Shown here: piece after piece, positions 57,001 through 64,000 of the stretch
How positions within the stretch are numbered: the stretch's first letter is position 1
How the letters are laid out: each line of letters begins with the position of its first letter
NCBI GenBank assembly: GCA_044225175.1
Contig: JBGAJA010000002.1
Coordinates: 216,949-280,948 of the forward strand
Direction: 5' to 3'
Source: Candidatus Omnitrophota bacterium
Lineage (GTDB): Bacteria; Omnitrophota; Gorgyraeia; Zapsychrales; Fredricksoniimonadaceae
Length of the DNA stretch: 64,000 nucleotides
Notes under the pieces: generated by a model
The model's database searches: none
The model's input: only the letters and a program-made list of their open reading frames with translations
Told to the model about the DNA's origin: nothing
Translations under genes and position numbers: made by a program

Positions 57001-60000
57001 GACGCAATGTCTATAGTTCAAGAAGTTATTTGGGCCAATAGGCCAAACCAAACACTAAAAAGAGTTAGATTAAAGAGTTCTACCCCATTTAGAAACGTAC
57101 AAAGAACGGACATCCTTTGGTCTCCTCAACATTTAATTGGAGCTGAATCGTGGTCCACCCCTGCTTTATTTGCTTTTGATCAAAGAATGTATGAAGAAAA
57201 TCATAATGATTATCGAAGGTTATTATTAAGAATATTGAATTTAGATAAGTATCAGAATTCAAGAGGTCTTATCCATGCCGTCCTTGAATATCAAAGTACA
57301 CAAGAGCCAGGAGTTAATAACTATAAAAGCCGCATTCTAGGTTTTCTTAATCGGAATAATGTCCTTGGTCGCTACAGAATAACTGCGGTTCCACCTGTAG
57401 AACAAAACATAAAGGTGTATTCTAGGAAAGACTTTAAAAGCCTTCCAACGATGTTACCACCCCAGGAGCCTACCAAGAAACGAGAGCATTGGGACACAAG
57501 CTGGCCTGAACCAACGGCCGTCGAAATAGAGGATGCCAAAGCAGTTCTAAAAAAATTATCAAATCAACCACGACCAGATTGGGGTACCAAGTTTATCCAA
57601 AGTCCCTATGGAGATCTAAAATCATCTAAATCAAGAATATTAAGAGCTCTCTATTTTGAATATCCGGATATTGCAGCAGCTATTCTAGCTAGTGCCGGCG
57701 TTAATGTGCATGGAAACCTAAACAAGATCCTTTGCCCCAATAGAGATGAGGAGCGCATTGAATATATTCTTCTCATTAATCTGTTTAACATGTCTTTAAC
57801 TTTTTGCCTTCTGGATCCTCCAACGGTTATCAAGGATCCCAATAAGACTACAGGTGAATCCTTAAATATTAAGTTTGATGTCAGAGGCATGGCAGGAGTT
57901 TTTGAACACCTTCCTTCACACATTGCCTCAAGTATTTTGTACCGTGTTTCAGAACCTAATTTTATCCTGCTTGTTAAAAGAACGATTGCTCATGTTATTA
58001 AAAAACAAGGAATTACAACTGGGGCAATAGAGAGATTACTTTTTGCAATGCCGCAATCTAAAAGAGATCTGATTTGGGAGAAGTTACTGCCAAAAGAAAG
58101 AGAATTCTTTGGGGATCAGCCTTCTTTACCTGCCCCTGTGCATCATACAGCCCGTGTTGATAAGCCAATCCCACGCGTTGCAGGAAAAGGAGAGGGAAGG
58201 CTGGTCGTAATACGCTCCGAGCATCCTACAGTAGATGAAATACGAAATATTCAACCAGGTTCGATTGTAGCGGTTGAATATTTACCTACCTCAGACACCC
58301 ATGTAGGAACATTTCAAGGTATTATCACATTTCGTCCAGAAGGAAAAACATGCCACGCCCAAGCTCAAGCCAAGCAATGGGAAATTCCCCATGCTTTAAT
58401 ACCTGGCCCAGAATTTTTGATCGAATGGGAGGGCAGATTTATTCGGATGACTGTTGAAAGAGACAAGGTCAGTTTTGCAGGAATTAAAGAGCATGCGATC
58501 AAAGACAAAGAGGTTTCAACGGCTATTGTCTTACCTACTGTGGACCTTTCCCCAGAAGCTCCATTAATACTTCCTTCTGGAGACATCAGACTTTCTCGAC
58601 CTACGTTGATGGGTTATAAGCCAGCATCCCTTAATCTTTTTTCGCAGTATCCTATCCAATTATCTAATACATCTATTACAGCAAGTGTTGAGCAGGGCAT
58701 GGGTCTGACATTTAAAATGTTTCTTTATTTATTAGAGAAAGAAAAGAATAAAGATACCTTTTGGAAATATAGAGATGACGTTATTAAATCTAAGAATGAT
58801 AAGGATTTACAAATAGCTTTGGAAACTCTAAGAAACTTTATCGAAAGGGCCTTTATTTCTTTACATTATGAGCCTGAATTTGAAGAGCTTTTCAAAGATC
58901 TAATTGCCATGGTAGAAAGTTCTGGGGCATTTATTCGCCTGGCAACTAACGCAGAAAGTTTGCCGGATTTTCCTGGATTTGGATCAGGTAAATATCTGAC
59001 TATTGCACATGTTACCTCTCGAGAGGAGCTTTGGGAGGCAATCCCAAAAGTCTATGCCTCTCTTTGGAGCTGGGAAGCCTATATGGAAAGACAACAGCGG
59101 GGTGTGGACCAGTCCAAAGTATTTTCTGCTATATGGGTCGTGCCTTCACAGCCTTCTATCTATGCCGTCAATATCCACACCTCAGACGTATATCTGCAAG
59201 ACCCCAATAGAATGGTCATTGAAATAGTTTCCGGTCAAGGTCAAAGCCTGGTCAGCAGTGATGAGGAATTTGCAGGACTGCCGACATTGATTGTGTTAAA
59301 CAAGGCAACAGGTGAAATTATTGAACAAAGCCCTGGAACAAAACAAAATAAGATCATTCTAAATGACAAGGGAGGCACTCAAAGAGTACCCATTGAGGAA
59401 ACAGAGGAATTTCTAAACTTAAATGATGCTCCTGAATTAATCAAATCACTTTGGGAAATAGGAATGGCAGCAGAAGGATTCTTTAGAAAGCAATTAGGAG
59501 ATGATCTGAGTCACCAAGAAATAGAAGCTGCGATCATTAAGAAAGAAGGACGTTGGCATATTCCTTTATTGCAGACCCGCTCTGCTGGCAATATTAACCA
59601 TGTTTCTGCTATGCATGCCTGGTTATTTATACCCATTGTTCCTATGATGATGTCCACAATAGGTATGGACGGTTCCATGATCATCCCTGCAACTCTGCTT
59701 GTGCTGGGTGTTTTGATGATTTCGACTTTCCGTCGATGGTTTTCTTATAAAAAGCTCATCGAAATGACCCATACCATGTGGTTTAAAGTTTCTTCCATGC
59801 TGGCAAGCATTACCCTCCTTGGCTGGATCAATTTAGAATTCGTAGCCCCACAATTTCCCAAAGACATATCTCTTCCTTTAAAAGTCTTACTTAATTCTTT
59901 GATTTTTATGGTCTTTACACTTGATTTGGATTTTTTTGCCCAGCGTATGTCGAAACAGGGAGTTTTGTTCAAACAAACTCTTGCAATAATTCCGACTGGA

Positions 60001-63000
60001 CTTGTGATGGGGGTCATTTCTACTTTAAGTTTTTGGTACTTTAATAAATTTGTAGCTCTCAATGAACATGTGGGTTGGAATAATATTTCATCTGCATTTA
60101 TGTTTATAGTGCCCTATATGATTTTGACCTACTTATTAGTGATCGTTCTTAAGGCTAAGGGAAAGAACTTAAAAGAGGCCATTCAATGGAAGATATTTAA
60201 ACAAGATCTACTCTTTGTGGTGCTGGGAGGAATACTTATATTGGTTTTGATGATACCTGTGACTACTCTATTTATGAAAACTGATCATGCGGTGCCTTAC
60301 GCCATCATCAATACCCTAAGAATTGTTAGTCTTATGTCCACAGTAAAATGGAGAACATCTGTTTATTCTGCTATTGTTGAGATCATTCGTGGTAAGGATG
60401 GTCAGGAGAAGCAGAAGGAAGCATTCTTGTTAACACGAGGTCATTCTGTAATACGAAGCTTTATTGTCGTTTTTCCGGAATTTGCGCCATACGCAGAGAT
60501 AATTGATGGATTCACTACCCAGTATTTCAGCGCACTCTATACATGGGCCACCAATAAAGAAGGGTTTATTGTTAAAAATGAACAGTTGCGCAATAAAAGG
60601 GCGTATTTAATTTTCTACGGCGTCTTTGGGCCGATTATTTGGTTAGTTAAGAAATCTATTGAAAGAAATAAAGCAAGTCCTCAGTTAACCAATCATACGC
60701 TGATAACACCTGTTCAAGCTATTGAACCACCACTTGCTCAGGACAATTTAGTTGAAAAGCCCCCCATTATTTTTTCCTTAACGGATATCCAGTTTGAATC
60801 TGCTAACCAACCTTTGATGCATCAGCCTGAAAGAGCAGCCCCACAGCCTCCATTAGGGATTGTGTCATTGGATCCTGTTCCAGCAGACGTATTTGCAGTT
60901 AGGCAGGGAGCATATTTCCAGGACCAAACGAATATTCTAGAAGGCTTTTTGAATGACACAGATTATGAAAACTTAAGAAGCCAGGTACGGACCCAAATGC
61001 AAAAAGATCCAAAGCGTTTTACAATTCGTCTATCCTTGGATCGTTTGAACTGGAAAGAAGATTTTGTTCTTGTGAATTATGAAGGCTGGAGATTTTTATT
61101 CCCCAAGGCATGGGTGAAAAGAGAGCAGAATGGCCATCTTTTAAGGTCTGCGATTGAGCGTGCCTTAGTCTTTGAAGATCCTGGTATGCGTTTGGGCAAA
61201 GGGGAACCATTTATCTTTTTTCCTGTTAAACATAATTTGAGTTTTAGCGCTAATAAAGGAGCTGCAGATCATTTTGTGGCAGATTATGAGAAGGATAGAT
61301 TCATTTTGGTTAATCGCTCCCTGATTCCATTGATCTCCCGACTAGAACATAGATTCCGAAGTGCTGGTTTAATTCTTCTTCAAGTCCTTATTGGCCACGA
61401 ATTACGAAGAAAAATCTACCATACTAACGATGATGCTACTGAGAGAGAATATGCGTTATTGAGTCAGGAAATCTTTGCAGGATTGGCAGATATTAATATT
61501 GAAGAAATTTTTAATGCCTTTCAGAATGAGGGGCTTATTAATGACTCTACAAGAAAAGTCCTGATGCCTGCAGAAGTTAGCCGTTTTGGGGCCAAGGACC
61601 ATCGGTTGGTTAGAATGTTAAACCGTGCTTTTGTAGGTGGGAGTGTGATCAAAGAAGGAAGTCAAGTTCTTGAAGTAGGTGCAAATCATGGAATTCTAAC
61701 CAGAAGCTTAGTCGAGGCCGTACGGGCCCAAGGTATTCAACATGTTTCATTTGTGACGACCGATGATTCTCAAAAGGCTTTGGTGGATACGGCACGTCTC
61801 TTAAAAGTCAGAATGGGAGGGTATGATGAGGTGCAGGTACGCCAGCCTTTTGCCAAGAACGAGCAAGAACTCTTTGATGTAATTTTTTGGAACCCCTCAT
61901 GGCTGCTTAATAATCTGGCAGAAGGAAAATTAGGAGAGTATTTAGAATTCTTCTCTACTCGATTATCTGAGACCGGAAGGATTTTTATTATTTTTCATGA
62001 AACTAATGCTCAAGAATTAGATCTTCGTTCTATTGCTTTGAATCAAGGCATGAATCCTACAGAAATTGATGTGTACAAGACCAAGCATGGACGGATTGGA
62101 TTATTTGAGTTTGTTTCCATAGAAAAATTAATGAAAGCAGATCAAGAAGATTTTCATATTACGGCCTATGATTACCGAAGGGAATCTGAAAATTGTAAGA
62201 AGACTAATCTGGCTGTTTTAAAATATTATAGATTTATGGCTGAAGTTGTTGAAAGGACTGCCAAGCATTTCATTAAACCAGAAGGTGATTTCGAGAAGAC
62301 AAGACGAGAAATTTCTTTCTTCAATCAAAAAAGGTCTGGTTCTCACTGGAACCCTCTTATTGAGAATGAAGAACGCCTAGCCCAATTCTTAAAACGAAAC
62401 CTTCGTCTAAGTAAGATGCAAGTAAACATTGTCTTGGATCTTGTCAGTCTTTCGATGAGAGCAATAAATAAAGAAAGGGCCTTTTTCTCGCAATATCAAT
62501 ATGTGATGAGTGCTATAGCCCCTAAAAGAATCAGCACCAAAATTCCAAAGTCATTTGACGAGCAAATTAATTATTTTAAGAAGACCCCAGAAATTTACGG
62601 TGTCTTCTTATTAGGCACTGTACTGCTTTATCTAGGGTGTAGACCACTCATTAATGAGTATCGAATATTTACGGATGCTCTCAATGCTGTTTGTGTGGCA
62701 ATCATCATGTTGATCTTTTCAGACCCCTGGTTAAATAAACTTGCAGAATCAATTTATAAAAGAGTTTTTCATTCCTCTAAAGTAAGTAAGAAGATTAGAA
62801 TCTCTGCTTCCAAGCCCACATTTACATGTGCAATTAAGGATATTGCAAAACACACACTGGTCGTTAATTTCGTTGATGCCACAAAACTGGAGATATATCT
62901 GGATCACCGTGGCAATGTTCTCGTGATGCCCACAGAATCCCATTTAGATAATCAACACTTTCAGTATGGCAGAGAAAAACCAACACAATTATTGGCTGAT

Positions 63001-63999
63001 GAGGAGTTGATTGTTTCAGGGAAAAATTATATATCGGGGCATCAATCAGGAGATTATCGTAAAACACATCGTTTATATTATGAAAGAGCTGATTTAGGGG
63101 ATGTATTTAGAATCATAGTCACTCAAAAAGGAACATTAAAGATTCAATTGATGGATCAAAAAACAAGTCTCGATATTCACTGGGATTATTACCAAACATT
63201 TTTTGAAAGAGAAGAAGTAATTATATTTGCATTGACCTGCCTGACTGTGTTACCTGCAAGTCTAATATTTTATTCTCACTATAAAAAGGTATTTCTTGCC
63301 GATAGTTTTCTGGCAATGATATTTGAAGTTTGGTTGGTTCTTATTCCATTTGTTTTAGCTTACAAAGTCATTCCATTAGATCGTTTAGATGGGACAAAAA
63401 GAATATTTCTTAAGACTTTTTCTTCTAAACAAGCGGCTAAAGAAATCAAATATTTACATTCTTTCAGGACAAAGGAAAAGAAAGTTTCTCAACGTATATT
63501 ACGTAAGCTTCAAATATTGGCTAGAACTGTCTCAAAGGATAATAATTTAACTGAGGCACAGAATAGAATTTTAAACGACGCAATCCGCGATGAATTAACA
63601 TCGTGGTTGAGAGAATATCCAAGTCTTGAAACAGTATCGAGTATTATTGCTGGCTGGGCACAATCTACTGATTTCGATTTTACAAAAAAGATTGCGATGA
63701 ATGCAGTGTCGGAAGTCTTTTCGGTACAGAAAAAGCCCATAGAAAGACTTCTTAATCTAGGTCGTTTTGAAGGAGACCACCATGTTTCTCATAAAGAGAT
63801 GGAGGGAGATATTATACCTCTAGAATCTGCACCTTCTTATGAGGAACAGTTAAGTGACCGTCATCTTTGCGGGTTAAAGTCTACGAAAGATATTCAGGAG
63901 ATATTAGGTCATTTGGAATCTATTGATGTGGATGTTCTAAAAGAGTGGCTGGAGATCAAACTAGATATTCTTTCCCAGCGCAATGATTTGAAGATTCTA
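1..63999 (+). CDS. Internal fragment, partial at both ends, of a giant ORF of about 21,330 codons encoding a multidomain polytopic membrane protein. No start or stop codon falls in the window.
   Basis: Codon-by-codon manual translation of the frame starting at nt 1 met no TAA, TAG or TGA across the whole window. Other frames hit stops about every 20-70 codons. The ORF track lists no closed + ORF in this frame. Codon bias is consistent, and the translated sequence contains recognisable protein motifs. Confidence 0.85.
691..836 (+). other. Proline-rich linker (PLAPPPQPISTAPVVPSHNPTPPAPGPVPLPVQMPVPNTAAGNSPPPF)
   Basis: Direct translation. Pro content is above 35% over about 48 aa. Confidence 0.7.
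1000..2290 (+). other. Acidic low-complexity region rich in Ser/Asn/Thr/Val/Glu, probably disordered or surface-exposed
   Basis: The translation is dominated by S, N, T, V, E, G and A, for example NAENGENNAEAQVGQAVRVEVPVSQ and SNDSNTVARLNDVGNG. It has no hydrophobic core pattern. Confidence 0.5.
7500..8290 (+). other. Beta-strand-rich porin-like segment with alternating aromatic and polar residues
   Basis: The translation includes TTVQYRDITVGVSRAIGQPRYGFTAAYKNFSTYYSYQGGEKAYGAAANFKVFEDLQANVEVYHSATAKYGVRFDFEQRIAQKWGVNVG. This shows the alternating hydrophobic/aromatic pattern typical of membrane beta-strands. Confidence 0.35.
12150..12260 (+). other. Single predicted transmembrane helix (AWANIISVLIGLISFILIFGKPLAWIGQIV)
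   Basis: Uninterrupted hydrophobic stretch of about 25 aa in the translation. Confidence 0.6.
13080..14180 (+). other. Cluster of predicted transmembrane helices, about 10
   Basis: Successive hydrophobic stretches of 20-30 aa, for example FVVALGVSALASIGLIWM, YFVAAILAVTVLTFFMY, LLLSISMLVLIALGWFA, AGWFTGLTIFIAGVGFIY and VFAIAVLGLAGLLGVPYL. They are separated by short charged loops. Confidence 0.65.
16185..17715 (+). other. Cluster of predicted transmembrane helices, about 12-14
   Basis: Hydrophobic stretches such as IIVIASVLYLLNVVLFGLSFFV, LLPVLALTYISVLFSAF, MPVFMILAGILAVFIM, VVVYTGALALTILILM, LLLFLLLYPLLGLAG and FVMGSLLIIGIVTAILISL. Confidence 0.65.
17983..18085 (+). other. Ala/Glu/Lys-rich coiled-coil-like segment (AADKVESDRIAAEKKLANEKAEEEIKKDIEIL)
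   Basis: Direct translation. Composition and heptad-like pattern. Confidence 0.5.
19078..19352 (+). other. Ala/Glu/Lys/Asp-rich coiled-coil or low-complexity segment (AARKEAEEAARAKAAEDKAQADRIAAENKLAEEKAAE...KAAADKAAADKAEADRVAEAKRLADEKAAQDKKAADQAAKDAA). It resembles TolA or IF2 linker composition.
   Basis: Direct translation. About 90 aa with more than 45% Ala and the remainder E, K and D. Confidence 0.55.
19355..19432 (+). other. Predicted transmembrane helix (FIQTILGILLIVLGSAGGLLAIMWGI)
   Basis: Hydrophobic stretch immediately after the coiled-coil segment. Confidence 0.6.
19648..19755 (+). repeat. Imperfect tandem repeat, 2 x 54 bp, encoding NVPAVQPPTRAGPSWLHI and NVPATQSPTRAGPRRLQI
   Basis: The two adjacent 54-nt units are aligned by eye. 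They begin aatgttccagctgttcaaccaccaactagagctggacca and aatgttccagccactcaatcaccaactagagctggacca. Confidence 0.7.
20205..20385 (+). other. Third Ala/Glu/Lys-rich coiled-coil-like segment (QDAQAEADRQAREEQRLLDEKKAAEEKEAKEKAEQAALARRLEEEQKAAADQAAKEEQ)
   Basis: Direct translation. Confidence 0.5.
21400..23690 (+). other. Large beta-strand-rich domain with outer-membrane beta-barrel-like periodicity, about 760 aa
   Basis: The translation shows dozens of short alternating hydrophobic/polar strands with aromatic girdle residues and Gly/Asn/Asp turns. Examples are TFGFTTLDLGFEKDEWQFGGLIEVNSLRL, AWVSYADGKTAWLGFINK, GTYSWQGHAVSIYVFTS, LFGVTELKYNGELFKAGIQVEYTKGF and TGWQLGATYKWVFVRRNF. Confidence 0.45.
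23905..23940 (+). other. HExxH motif (FYHELISHIANHEN), a possible zincin-type metal-binding site
   Basis: Codons cat gaa ctg atc agt cat at 23905-23922 encode H-E-L-I-S-H. A further HE follows 4 residues later, and several Glu residues lie 15-25 residues downstream. Confidence 0.3.
23990..24265 (+). other. Two predicted transmembrane helices (IFETVLLGIIFVWGAIIIIRSIF and VHTLVLVIAVIGTILALILT)
   Basis: Hydrophobic stretches in the translation. Confidence 0.6.
24295..24321 (+). repeat. Copy 1 of a perfect 27-bp direct repeat gaaaatagggagttgaccctcatttct, encoding ENRELTLIS
   Basis: Identical 27-mer found at 24766-24792. A degenerate copy gaaaataggcagttgacccc lies at 24679-24698. Confidence 0.8.
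24766..24792 (+). repeat. Copy 2 of the perfect 27-bp direct repeat, encoding ENRELTLIS
   Basis: Identical to 24295-24321. Spacing is 471 bp, a multiple of 3, so both copies are in the same frame. Confidence 0.8.
24860..28900 (+). other. HEAT/Armadillo-like alpha-helical repeat array
   Basis: Recurrent helix-turn-helix repeat signatures. Examples are GNKDISYMALRAAQAFPDPGVFKAL, DDPQVQIQGAIYAGKIL, DHDPRIRSHAALLVGQMKD, TDQTRILALLALRQSTD and TRSVLTLTAALEVASQS. They resemble PBS-lyase HEAT-like repeats. Confidence 0.45.
29880..30010 (+). other. Two predicted transmembrane helices (IFTIAAVVLLGYRWFIV and WWDTAVIATLYFNVSAY)
   Basis: Hydrophobic stretches. Confidence 0.5.
31495..32350 (+). other. 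Cluster of predicted transmembrane helices, about 8
   Basis: Hydrophobic stretches such as LPTMILMALAIPQMVPALYLLLALSLAGVAGYFL, AVFRAISFLFAA, ILLLPFSGTTLGLLYF, IASVALTGLFLIEAVIELGYIAY, IMFIVGGFILLGASVLF, IFAGLGALTGFYLAVMEFVF and AAIIHLSILFWATSSIFGLV. Confidence 0.65.
33829..33864 (+). other. Matrixin/metzincin-like motif HEFGNYLGWSHQ, with the second zinc-ligand His replaced by Asn, and a possible Met-turn Met 8 residues after the last His
   Basis: Codons cat gaa ttt ggt aat tat tta ggc tgg tct cat caa. The matrixin consensus HEFGHSLGLSHS matches at 8 of 12 positions (H, E, F, G, L, G, S, H). The downstream sequence is QENQDLEMRFW. Confidence 0.4.
37685..41030 (+). other. Very large transmembrane region, about 25-30 predicted helices, interrupted by a soluble insert at about 39200-39740
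   Basis: The translation is almost continuously hydrophobic. Examples are MVLALIVAGVIVVGLGILAWPL, ILLYAGSLGLLTIVF, LFCATILGIIIMMAW, FAMMVVPAIIMVVWLGL, VAVFIMGVGGAVLWPLILALV, IFVVVVAIITIVLMTG, LGVLVLSTVILITTL, LVGFWAFVTLFILLYIVLVIGSMLVL and LVGVIFVVMMKCVSVLAAFLISVFFI. Confidence 0.7.
39091..39097 (+). repeat. G7 homopolymer tract within the coding sequence, encoding GVGGAV
   Basis: ggggggg read directly. A run this long is unusual in a sequence of about 39% GC. Confidence 0.6.
43050..43335 (+). other. Cluster of about 4 predicted transmembrane helices
   Basis: WIFGLGLIIVLSLWVFG, PGFLLIILTTTASFIASFLGF and AIFIIPGVMYFLPKIYFFMMGYYVL. Confidence 0.6.
44565..45360 (+). other. Cluster of about 8 predicted transmembrane helices
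   Basis: IVAAIGAVMLLGLIIKVL, VILMMVGIVLWLINVSQLLLVFLGILNSILLGNLF, VILGGSFVGRIIITWF, FLFKVFAFLSVPPLYV and LFIVFMAGIFSVGMMGTIGVIIICSLILAGIGILIV. Confidence 0.65.
47698..47705 (+). repeat. C8 homopolymer tract within the coding sequence (atg ccc ccc cct, MPPP)
   Basis: cccccccc read directly across the line break 47700/47701. Confidence 0.6.
47980..48240 (+). other. GNAT acetyltransferase-like motif region (GIFVVDYLREMGIGRMLRWHLLNYLKE)
   Basis: Resembles GNAT motif A (h-V-x-x-x-x-R-x-x-G-I-G-x-x-L), preceded by beta-strand-like segments VLVFLHGDLVGAYSF. Confidence 0.25.
48430..48960 (+). other. Class I SAM-dependent methyltransferase-like Rossmann-fold region, with motif I VAELGCGSAVG at about 48619-48654
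   Basis: Translation RTVAELGCGSAVGVEIFRRIADAYVVGFDSYEPFVNFAQSHGLPVVHSDLISMPADSEEKFEVTFSARLL. This matches motif I (hh-E-h-G-x-G-x-x-x-G), an acidic post-I residue (VVGFD) and a motif II-like FEVTFSA. Confidence 0.4.
49055..49525 (+). other. Cluster of about 6 predicted transmembrane helices
   Basis: CIFICSCGMLVLAGI, ISLLVMVVGGLFAYVF, VMVIMGVGIGFAFLYGGIMIFVGPI and ILFTLLYAALMVVLISRFYIWM. Confidence 0.6.
55350..55585 (+). other. Cluster of about 3 predicted transmembrane helices
   Basis: VALTPLILGFGIAWIGFV, LLISIGGALFV and IFTIVVIAFAAFMLMVL. Confidence 0.55.
58180..58480 (+). other. Phospho-histidine swivel domain of the PEP-utilising enzyme family (PEP-utilizers-like). The candidate catalytic His codon is at 58354-58356.
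   Basis: Translation GKGEGRLVVIRSEHPTVDEIRNIQPGSIVAVEYLPTSDTHVGTFQGIITFRPEGKTCHAQAQAKQWEIPHALIPGPEFLIEWEGRFIRMTVERDKV. This aligns by eye to the family pattern G-x-a-x-G-x-x-x-v-i ... GdILVtxxtxPxw ... GIvTxxGGxTSHAAIxARExGIPaVvG ... G-x-x-v-x-v-D-g. Confidence 0.5.
58700..59580 (+). other. PPDK_N-type ATP-grasp domain (PEP/pyruvate-binding domain of PEP synthase, pyruvate phosphate dikinase or rifampin phosphotransferase), located downstream of the His domain in a permuted order
   Basis: AFIRLATNAESLPDFPGFGSGKY matches [35 protein letters not shown] matches [60 protein letters not shown] matches [47 protein letters not shown]. The terminal HQEIEAAIIKKEGRWHIPLLQTRS matches the DIEWA...LQARP signature. 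Confidence 0.5.
59600..60345 (+). other. Cluster of about 8 predicted transmembrane helices immediately after the ATP-grasp domain
   Basis: AWLFIPIVPMMMSTIGM, MIIPATLLVLGVLMISTF, VSSMLASITLLGWINL, LLNSLIFMVFTLDL, IPTGLVMGVISTLSFWYF, FMFIVPYMILTYLLVIVL and LLFVVLGGILILVLMIPV. Confidence 0.65.
61560..61930 (+). other. Second class I methyltransferase-like Rossmann motif region, with a degenerate motif I VLEVGANHGILT at about 61666-61701. It is possibly catalytically inactive.
   Basis: Translation GSQVLEVGANHGILTRSLVEAVRAQGIQHVSFVTTDDSQKALVDTARLLKVRMGGYDEVQVRQPFAKNEQELFDVIFWNPSW. It parallels PRMT-type VLDVGSGTGILS ... FDIIISE. A-N-H replaces the canonical G-x-G. Confidence 0.3.
62590..63375 (+). 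other. Two clusters of predicted transmembrane helices
   Basis: IYGVFLLGTVLLYLGC, AVCVAIIMLIF, VIIFALTCLTVLPASLIF and FLAMIFEVWLVLIPFVLAY. Confidence 0.55.
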
Positions 64000-64000
64000 A

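Noticed and set aside
1-64000. Possibility that the lack of stops reflects a reassigned genetic code (for example TGA as Trp or TAA/TAG as Gln)
   Set aside because: The frame contains no TAA, TAG or TGA at all, so no reassignment is needed. Trp is encoded by TGG throughout.
1-64000. Possibility that the window is several adjacent same-strand genes rather than one
   Set aside because: With no in-frame stop there is no sequence evidence for separate genes. Internal ATG codons exist but none can be supported as a start from sequence alone. Kept as a caveat under the CDS confidence.
1-64000. Search for CRISPR arrays, rRNA or tRNA genes, transposase or integrase genes, and promoter or terminator elements
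   Set aside because: There are no spaced direct-repeat arrays, no non-coding gaps, no stem-loop plus poly-T terminators outside coding context, and no transposase-like ORFs. The whole window is coding in one frame.

Overview
The whole 64 kb window appears to be one uninterrupted protein-coding reading frame on the + strand, in the frame starting at nt 1, with no stop codon between nt 1 and 63999. I translated this frame by hand from end to end. It encodes about 21,330 aa of a protein that continues beyond both ends of the window, so the full gene is longer than 64 kb. The ORF track agrees with this. It lists no + strand ORF in this frame, and every listed ORF lies in another frame or on the minus strand, which is what a single unterminated giant ORF would produce. 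GC content is about 39% with a strong A/T bias at third codon positions (tta, aga, caa, gaa, ggt, att), and this bias is uniform along the window. I see no rRNA, tRNA, CRISPR array, transposase/IS element or clear intergenic promoter/terminator region. The encoded protein is an extreme multidomain polytopic membrane protein. It has more than 15 clusters of hydrophobic transmembrane helices, on the order of 100 in total, alternating with large soluble regions. The soluble regions include a Pro-rich linker, an acidic Ser/Asn-rich low-complexity region, two beta-strand-rich porin-like segments, three Ala/Glu/Lys-rich coiled-coil segments, a HEAT-like repeat array, and an HExxH motif. They also include a matrixin-like HEFGNYLGWSH motif with the second His replaced by Asn, a GNAT-like motif and two class-I SAM-methyltransferase-like Rossmann motifs. 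Near nt 58200-59600 there is a permuted PEP-utilising enzyme module: a phospho-His swivel domain with a TCHAQ motif, followed by a PPDK_N-type ATP-grasp domain ending in an EIEAA...LQTRS signature. The source organism cannot be determined from the sequence. The codon usage fits a low-GC bacterium, possibly an intracellular or symbiotic lineage, but that is speculation. All domain calls are motif-level recognition by eye, not database searches.
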